From the human T2T-CHM13v2.0 reference genome, Homo sapiens: 64,000 nt of DNA. The stretch is from assembly GCF_009914755.1 (NCBI RefSeq), contig NC_060929.1. One strand, 5' to 3'. The notes below the pieces were generated by a model. That model was given only the letters and a program-made list of their open reading frames with translations, searched no databases and was not told the DNA's origin. A program made the position numbers and the translations under genes. Positions 55,601 through 64,000 of this stretch are shown here, piece after piece; position 1 is the first letter of the stretch, and every line of letters begins with the position of its first letter.

Positions 55601-58074
55601 TGAGAAGGGGAATGAGAAAGGCAATATTTACAAAGACTGTTTTGCTGTAGGAGACATTTTCCTAAGTTATTTTATTTCTTTCTGACAATTTATTTAAAGA
55701 TAATTATAGCTATATGGGACAATTTGGCATACAGAAAAAAACATAGATGATAGAGGTAGCAGCTGAGTACTTTGATATCAAAGGTTTGTGTGAGCCTCTT
55801 TCTAATAATAAGGAATGGAAACAACCATGTTTCTCATGCACTTTTCTGAGCTATCAATTTATAAATAATTTATTTGTATTAAAACCATTACTGCTTTCTT
55901 TTAAATCAGAGGAGAATATAATTAGAAAATGTTTATTGCCACAGAAGCATAGTAATGAATTTGAAAACCTGTCCATTATCTCACAAAATCCACATAAGAC
56001 ATGTGCCACTTGCACATAAAACAAAGCTGTTTAATCAGTATGACTGAAAGATCCTCAATCCTCGAGGCATAAAAGGTTTAGAACAATATTGTCCTAGTGA
56101 TGATAATAATAATTAGGTGCCATAAAGAATTATGTAAAACCTACAAAGCTAGTGGTAGAAATTAATGTTTTCCCCAAAGTATTAGTTACACATTGATTCT
56201 TGCAATGTTTTAGCCTAGGATTATAGGAAAAGGAAGCTTAAAACAGCATGAACAATCATCTCAGAACACATTTTTGGGAATTGTTCCTTTCTGAATTTTG
56301 GAATAATAGGAATTATAACTAGAAGAAAAGAGGAAGATAAAAGCAGAGAGGCATCTCAGTAAAAAACTGATGACCTTATTTTGTACATAGCAAAAGTTAG
56401 GCAGAAAAAAATTCCATTATTGGAACATTCAGGTTTTACTTCTCAGAACAATAGTCCCATGTTCTGTGCCACACAAGGACAAAAAAGTCAAAAATTATTC
56501 ACATACATGTACAATATTAATTGTAATCAGGTGGTGAAATTTTATATTCAAATTCCTCTATTTAGCAATATTACTTTAACTATTATCAAAGTAAAGCAGA
56601 GTTTAAATTGGGACTGAAAAGATAAAAGCAAATATTGCACCACTTCATAATTCATTCTGCATAATTTTAATTGTATCACATTTTAAGGAGTAGCATCTTA
56701 CTATGTAAAAAAAATGCATTTGACAAATACTTCTATCTCTGTTGATGTGACTGGATGCATTAGAAAAGATTTGTTCCAGGACAGAAAGAATTGCCTGCTT
56801 CCAAAATCTCTTTGTAAATCAGTTAGCCATAGTTCTTTTATTGTCCTTTATGGGAAGGATATTCAGGTTGTTGAGGCAAGTGTAGATTCATCAACCCTGG
56901 AAGGAACATTTTTACCCAGCCTCTCCTTGAATCAACCCTTTTTTCTGAATTATTAGTAAGCCATATTTCCAACAATTATAGTAAGTAGATCCTTGAGAAA
57001 AACAACAAAAAAATGCTCTTGACTTTTTAGTGAATGTATGCTGGGGTCATTTTCTTAATTTTAGTGATTGATTGTTCCCCAAATTCAATAATTACAGAAT
57101 CTGTATGAAGAAAGCAGCTGCAAAGCTGCTGCTACAAGTAAGTAAAATATTACCCTCACATAAAAGGTCTCTCAAATGAATGGCTCTGTGCCCATTAGAG
57201 AAACTCTGTATTGTGATAAAACTACTGCAAATGTATGTGAAGAGCATAGGAATGTCAAGCAAATTCATTGTCTATAGTTATTACTTTCTTAGTTCTCTAA
57301 ACTTTACTTACTAAATAATTAACACTAAAAACAAAACAAAACAAAAAAACAGCAACAGGGAAACAATACTTTTCATTGTGATTCTAAATCTGACTTCAGC
57401 ACATGTTATAGCATTATTGTTCTCTGTGCTGTGATTTTGATTCAATTACCAACATTTTGTTTCAAAATGGAGTAGAACCCAATTCTGCAGAATGTAGTGC
57501 CTTAATTACCCTTCATTTACAGTAATCCCTTTCTTTTAACCAGATTTGTACTATGAGTTAAATTTGAATAAGCACATACCAAAATATTTTATTATTTGAT
57601 ATTTAAATATGTGTTTACCTTAAGTACTTTTGAACAGCCTCATTGTATTCCTTGAAACAATTAAACATTATACCTTTTAAAAAATTATCTGACTATTCTT
57701 TGGATATATCTTAATGGGGGAAAAGTCAGATTTCAAATGTGTTAGCAAGATATCTTACTGTGACTTTTAACCATGAAGTTTATATTGATGCAAAGGCTCC
57801 ATTTAAAAAGAAAGTTGCCATAATATGCAACCCATTTTAAATCTCAATACATAATTGACAAGGCTAATTCAGTTTCTTTGAAGGGAGGCTCAACTTCCCA
57901 TCATATTTTTCCTGAAAAACCCTAATTATTATATTTTACTGGTTCTTTAGTGGAATAAACCAGCCTTTCTCTGCTGTTTAGTTTAGAGCTATAATGACTG
58001 TCCAGATACATAAACCAAGAACCGGCGAAGAGCTTGTGCCATTGTCCAGTGAATTCAAGTTTCAGGAATAGTCA

Positions 58075-58300
58075 CATATTCATGGAACCAATGTTTATTG
58101 AACATCTACAATGGACAAGGTACATTTTTGGTATTGGAGAGCAACAATAAACAAAATAGACAACACCCCCTACATTCATAGAGCTTGCGTTCTAGTTGCA
58201 GAAACAATAACTCAGGAAAAAATTAAATATTTATTATATTCTTTATAAAATTTCTAACAAGGAATAAAAGCCTAAGAGTGAAAAAGGAACATGTGTGCAT
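58075..58300 (-). mobile_element. L2 3' fragment
   Basis: 'aatgtttattgaacatctac...cattcatagagcttgcgttctagt'. Confidence 0.65.
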
Positions 58301-60789
58301 GGGGGCAGGGTGGGGGGCAGGGGTGGGGCAGTGTCTCTATATATGTTAGCCTAGGAAAAAATTGCTTCCAGATAATTCAAGAAATGCATTGAACTAATTC
58401 AGTTTATACCCTGAGAGAAACACAGCACTTTATTAAAGAATCAAAATGATGTTTCTTCCAGTGAATTCTGATGAAAATGTGGTTAAGAAACATGCTCTTC
58501 AAGAAGTATATTTGAATCTAGTATAATAAGCAGAAAACAAATCTATTACATTGCGTATTGATATGTTTGGGCTAGTTGGGTCTGTCTTTACCATTATCTT
58601 TCACAAAACTGAAAGATTCTGAGGAACAACAAGCAAGTTGTTTCACCTCAGTTGGAGGTCTAGAATTGCAAATGAATTAACAGTAAGGGAAAAAAAATAT
58701 TTTGGCTCCAAACTTCAGTCCCACATGTGTTAGAGTGGATTATAAAACACACAAGAACAAGTGATCTTTCAGGTTACTTGGCAAACTAAACTTAAGCATC
58801 TTAATATAGGAACCGTAAAATAATATTGCACATTTTTGTAGTTCCAACAAGCACTTTGAATTATTTTTAAATAAATTTTTAATAAGTAGTTTTGACTGAA
58901 GGAAAACTATCATGGTAATGATGCAAAATATACTAAAAAAATAAGGAACATTTCTCACTGAAAGACACTGGAAATACATATACCTGCCTTTGAAGAGATG
59001 TCAGCACATCACATTTAAGCCATCTAGTCTGTAGAAAGACGACAAGGTATCTTATACTTTCTGTAAGATATTTAATATCCCTCTATCATTTTCCCATCAG
59101 AAGAATTTGTAAATTTCCCAAATCCGTGTTCAAGTTACTCTGCCTCTCAGGATTCTCAGAGCAGCTGCCAATTTCTAGTACCAAATGTAGAGAAGGATCT
59201 CTCATGACCATAAATCAATTCTGTCACCATTTGGGATTACATAAGGACATAGAAGGAAAGACTTTGATCTGGACACTAAATCCAATTAACAATGAGCTAG
59301 ACATTGGAGCAATCAGTCCCTTTTTCAGCAATCTCTTTTCTGAAGCGTCCTTGGCCTGAGATCCATTGAGATGAAGGTCCTTGTGGGCTCAAAGACTACT
59401 CTCTCATAGCCAGTATTTGGACCTGCTCTCAGCAAGAGCCAGTGTTCCTATGATATAACCTCTTTCAGATTCTGGTCTTAGCTAAACTACATCTGGTGAA
59501 GAGTGATCTGTGTGTGAAATCTAATGAAGCACTCCACAACTGGCTTCTAAAACCTGGGTCCTGATGGAGGCAGATGAGTTTTATTAAAACGTTACCAAGC
59601 CACTAATTTTGTTATTTGAAGAGCCCCACTAAGAGTTGCTTACAGAATTCTTTGCTATTTTTCAAAGAACTAAGAAGCAAAAGTTGGAATTTTTGTTAGC
59701 GGTGTTTCATCTTTCAGATACGATCATTCTTGCTCAGCATACCCACCTTCCTCACTAAAATGAAAGGGAATAATTCCCGTAGGAGTTAAGCTGCCTCTAC
59801 CAATTTCATTTTCACTAGAACCAATCAAGAAAAGACCATAACATCTTTTATTTCTCAGCAGAGTTCTTCTCTGTTCCTAAACACGGGTTACTTAGCCAAT
59901 TATTGCGAACATATGGATCTTCCATATTTATATGATTTAATATCAGTGATGACAATCTATCTCAAGGGAACTGACTCATGTAAGAAAAAAAGTTTTCTGG
60001 ATTTGGATTTTTCAAAAAGGTGGCCAGGGTTTTCTTCTCTAAGGGAAAATCCCCTTCAAGCTGCCTGTAGAGATGTGTTTTCTAATTATGTGTAAGGCAT
60101 GCCAGGAGGGGCCTGACACCTGTGTAGGGGAGAGATTCTGAGTACTGTGGTAGTGACCAGGGTCAGGTGGCTCAGGTTAGAGATGCCAGGTGTACACGCC
60201 CCAGGCCAGTTTCACAGGCAGCCATTGTTTCCCCAAATCTAGACAAGACCAGAATGTCAGTGATGAACAACCTTGAGGGAGCTAGTTCTCACAGCGCTGT
60301 GTATCCAACTGTGTTGGAAATTACCCAGGGAAGCCTGTTTCAACAGGACTTCTAGCTGCAGTTGTAGGCCCAAAAGTTTCAAGGGAGTCTTTGAACTTGA
60401 GGATGCCTATCATTCCCGGTTTTGAAAGCTTCTAAGAACCGCTAGCTGCCAGTCACCAGGAAACAGAGAAAGGAAGTTAATAAGCTAACTCACTTTAGCC
60501 GTAATTTATTGCAGTTCATGTTTTTCCCTGTCTTTTTCGCACATTTGGAATGCAGTGTTACCACAGAAAGATCTGCTCCTCGGAATGTATTTTGAATCTT
60601 TTTTCTAATCCTTGCTTCACAGAGTTTCATAGTATCTGAAAAAAAATATATGCTTTTAGTTATTCCTGTTGGTAAAATTTCTATAGGATCTAGCCACAAC
60701 AAGCTCATAGATACACCTAGAGATTAATAGACATATAGTCTAATAGACTCACCTTCATTTCTACTGACTTCTAGTGACAGGCACAGACT

Positions 60790-61035
60790 GCTGTATTGCA
60801 TGACGCAGTGAAAGAACTTGAGAAAAATAATCCAAAATTGGAATGTGAGGCCCCATGCTGCAACTACTGCTTTAGGACCTGGGGATAGTTTTCCTAACCT
60901 TTCTACAGTTTTAGATCTATAAAGTGGCCATAATAAAACATGCCCTATATCTCAAGATGTTTGCATATGAATCAAAGGAGATAATTTATTTAAAAGCTGT
61001 TTGATAAGGGCAATATCCTGCAGAAATAAGCATTT
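60790..61035 (+). mobile_element. MIR fragment
   Basis: 'gacctggggatagttttcctaacctttctacagttttagatctataaagtgg..ataata' degenerate MIR core. Confidence 0.5.
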
Positions 61036-62271
61036 TGATTTTTACAGATATGCTACATTCAGAGCTTTCCCAAATTTGGGTTGCCTACTATTGAATATTT
61101 TATTTCTTGGGCCTCTTGCATTTATATAATTATATAATTCTCCACTCTGGGTGATAATTATACGTATATGAAGAAAAACCCTCGATAAGGGGAAATAGAA
61201 AAGGTTGGATATCTTCCTCCCCTAATGTTGCTCTCCTGAGGGTCCAGTACCTGGCCATGGTGGACTAATCACAAGAGAAATGCACTGCAGACATTCCTTC
61301 AAGCTTCTGAGGTTTTTTTTTTTAAACTATAAAAGTCAAAGCACCATGAGAAACATGCCATCTTGAAGGGGAAAGACCCATTAATTGAACCAGGGGTGGA
61401 GTAACTTCTAATGGGGAAAAACAATAAAAGGTAGTTAAAGATAGTGTTTTCAAAAACCTCTGCTCTGCCAATTCTCATGAAAAATACATAAGTCATAGGA
61501 CATTTGATTCTGGCCCTTAGGTGATTTGCAATTCAATGTGCCCAATCCTTCTGACCTCACTGACCAGAAAATAGCCAATGAAATTATTATTAATAAAGCA
61601 AATGAATGTTGTTCATGTTTTATGTTGTTGTCGTATATTAGGAGTTATTTAGGGATGAATGGGGAGTGTATGGCTGCTGAGTTGACAATGTGGTTTTAAT
61701 ATCACTACTGATTGTCTACTGTCAAATTTGCATCACATCACCTTATAAAGTTTCCTTCTTCATTTGAGTAATCATAATTTAATTTCATAATGGCCAGCTA
61801 TTTCTATCAAAGTATTTCTTATTTTTTTATTCTTAAATTGTTTAATTTTTCTTCCAAGACTTCCTCAGAATAGATTATCTAATAAAATTATTGGAAGAAT
61901 CTAGATGCTTCTTTTTTATTCCCAGTTAAGTTTTTGAGTTAAAAGTCCTGTCTTCTAGCTCATGACAATTTTTTTGTGTGTGTTCTCAGGTCACTTCTCT
62001 ACTTGTTGGGCCAGTTTATCATCTCTTGGTTTTCAAAGGTACTTAAACTACAACTTCCTCTGAAAATCAAATATTCTTTCTCTTTTTCCACGTCAAATAC
62101 TTGCAGAAAAAACAACATTGTGAATTCTCATTTTAAAAAAATACAGCTGTAGAAATAAGAGATATTATTTAAAACTTCCTCTGGAAGTAACATTGTAAGT
62201 AAAACTTGAAAATGAATCACTATCTTTTAAAAGTAAATGTGAATCTAAACTTGATGTATTAATAATGGAGG

Positions 62272-63682
62272 GAAATCAATAAGCCAATAACAAACAACCT
62301 CGTTTAAAAAATGGGCAAAAGACACAAACAGACACATCTCAAAAGAAGACATACACGTGGCCAACAAGCATATGAAAAAATACTCAATATCACTGATCAT
62401 TAGGGAAATGCAAATCAAAAACAAAATGAGACACCAACTCACACCAGCCAGAATAGCCATTGCCACAAAGTCAAAAAATAACAGATGCTGGTGAGATTGC
62501 AGAGAAAAGGGAATGCTTATACACTGCTGATGGGAATGTAAATTAGTTTAGCCACTGTGAAAAGCAGTTTGGAGATTTCTCAAAGAACTTAAAATAGAAC
62601 TACCATTAGAACCAGCAATACCATTACTGGGTATATACCCCCCAAAATATAAATCATTACACCATAAAGACACATGCACGTACATGTTCATCACAGCACT
62701 ATTCACAATAGCAAAAACATGGAATCAACCTAGGTGCCCATCAATAGTGGACTGGATTGTTTGGAGCAAGCCCCCCAAAATCTGGCCATAAACTGGCCCC
62801 CAAACTGGCTATAAACAAAATCTCTGCAGCACTGTAACATGTCCATAATGGCCAAGCTGGAAGGTTGTGGATTTATGGGAATGTGGGCAAGGAACACCTG
62901 GCCCGCCCAGGGCGGAAAACCGCTTAAAGGCATTCTTAAGCCACAGACAACAGCATGAGAGATTTATGACTTAAGGGCATGTTCCTGCTGCAGTTAACTA
63001 GCCCAACCTATTTATTTAATTCAGCCCATCCCTTCGTTTCCGTAAGGGATACTTTTAGTTAATTTAACATCTATAGAAACAATGCTAATGACTGGTTTGC
63101 TGTTAATAAATACGTGGGTAAATCTCTGTTCAGGGCTCTCAGCTCTGAAGGTTGTGAGGCCCCTGATTTCCCACTTCACACCTCTATATTTCTGTGTGTG
63201 TGTGTCTGTGTCTTTAATTCCTCTAGCTCCGCTGGGTTAGGGTCTCCCTGACCAAGCTGGTCTCCGCACTGGATAAAGAAAATGTGGTACATATACATCA
63301 TGGAATACTACACAGTCATAAAAAAGAATGAAATCATGTCTTTTGCAGCAATGTGGATAAAGCTGAAGGCCATTATCCTAAGCAAATTGACACAGAAATA
63401 GAAAACCAAATACCGCCTGTTTTCACTTTCAAGTAGGAGCTCAATATTGAGTACAAATGGGCATAAAGATGGGAATAATAGATACTGGGGTCTGTTTGAG
63501 AGGGGAGTCAGGGAGATGGGTAAGGGTCAAAAAACTACCTATTGTAAACTGTGCTTATTCCCTGGGTGATGAAATAGTTTGTACGCTAAATGCCCACAAC
63601 ATGCAATTTACCTATGTAACAAACCCGTACATGTATCCCCTGAACCTAAAATAGAAGTTGAAAGGAAAAACAAAAAATGAAA
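62272..63682 (+). mobile_element. 5'-truncated L1PA (PA13-16-like) 3' end split by MER9
   Basis: ORF2 C-terminus and 3' UTR 'caatttacctatgtaacaaacc...ccctgaacctaaaata'. Confidence 0.9.
62758..63268 (+). mobile_element. MER9a solo LTR (HERV-K9/HML-3)
   Basis: Starts 'tgtttggagcaagccccccaaaatctggccataaactggcccc', ends 'gctggtctccgca'; AATAAA near 63105; perfect 6-bp TSD ctggat at 62752-62757 and 63269-63274. Confidence 0.95.
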
Positions 63683-64000
63683 CAATTGGAATCACTTGGG
63701 GAAAAAAAGACATAGTTGTGGAGAGCAGGATTTCAGAACAAAGCTGCTTTGAAAAATATGGACTTTGACACCCAGGATATGCAGAGGTTTGAAAAGGTAC
63801 AGGAAATGAAAGGATTCTTTGGATATGTTTTTAAAAAGGGAAATAATTGATTTAATACAGGAATCATAGGACACAATTGCAAAAAAAAAAAGATATAACT
63901 GCAAAAAATGTTAAAATTAAAGTTCCCGATATGTCTGACTTAACAAAAATTTGAACTTGCATTAAAGGAAGCAAAGACCAAGGAGATGACAATCTTTTTG

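Noticed and set aside
57098-57137. Plus-strand 40-nt exon candidate (CAA|GTAAGT)
   Set aside because: Weak polypyrimidine tract, non-3n length, no other support.

Overview
AT-rich, CpG-poor primate (human-like) genomic DNA, intergenic or deep intronic, mostly built from transposable-element fossils. I find no credible protein-coding gene, RNA gene or CRISPR array. The recognisable ORFs are decayed L1 ORF1/ORF2, L2 ORF2 or ERV pol/env remnants; the rest look like noise. Main structures: (i) a degraded class I (gamma-like) provirus with both LTRs (13663-20821) inserted in an L1MA, carrying a nested LTR1/MER52-type solo LTR plus apparent local copies of its own R/U5 and of the host L1; (ii) a nest at 36.2-45.6 kb, where a twin-primed L1PA15/16-like element hosts a THE1, an AluY and a full-length L1PB1; (iii) a younger twin-primed L1PA3/4 inside an MLT1; (iv) a MER9 (HML-3) solo LTR with a perfect 6-bp TSD; (v) L2, MIR, CR1, MER1B and Alu fossils. 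Several short segments, mostly on the minus strand, have good splice signals (including a 12-nt microexon candidate) but are unverified. I see no evidence for a wholly new biological system. The most unusual signal is the cluster of locally templated insertions in and around the provirus. Subfamily names come from recalled consensus sequences, not a database search.
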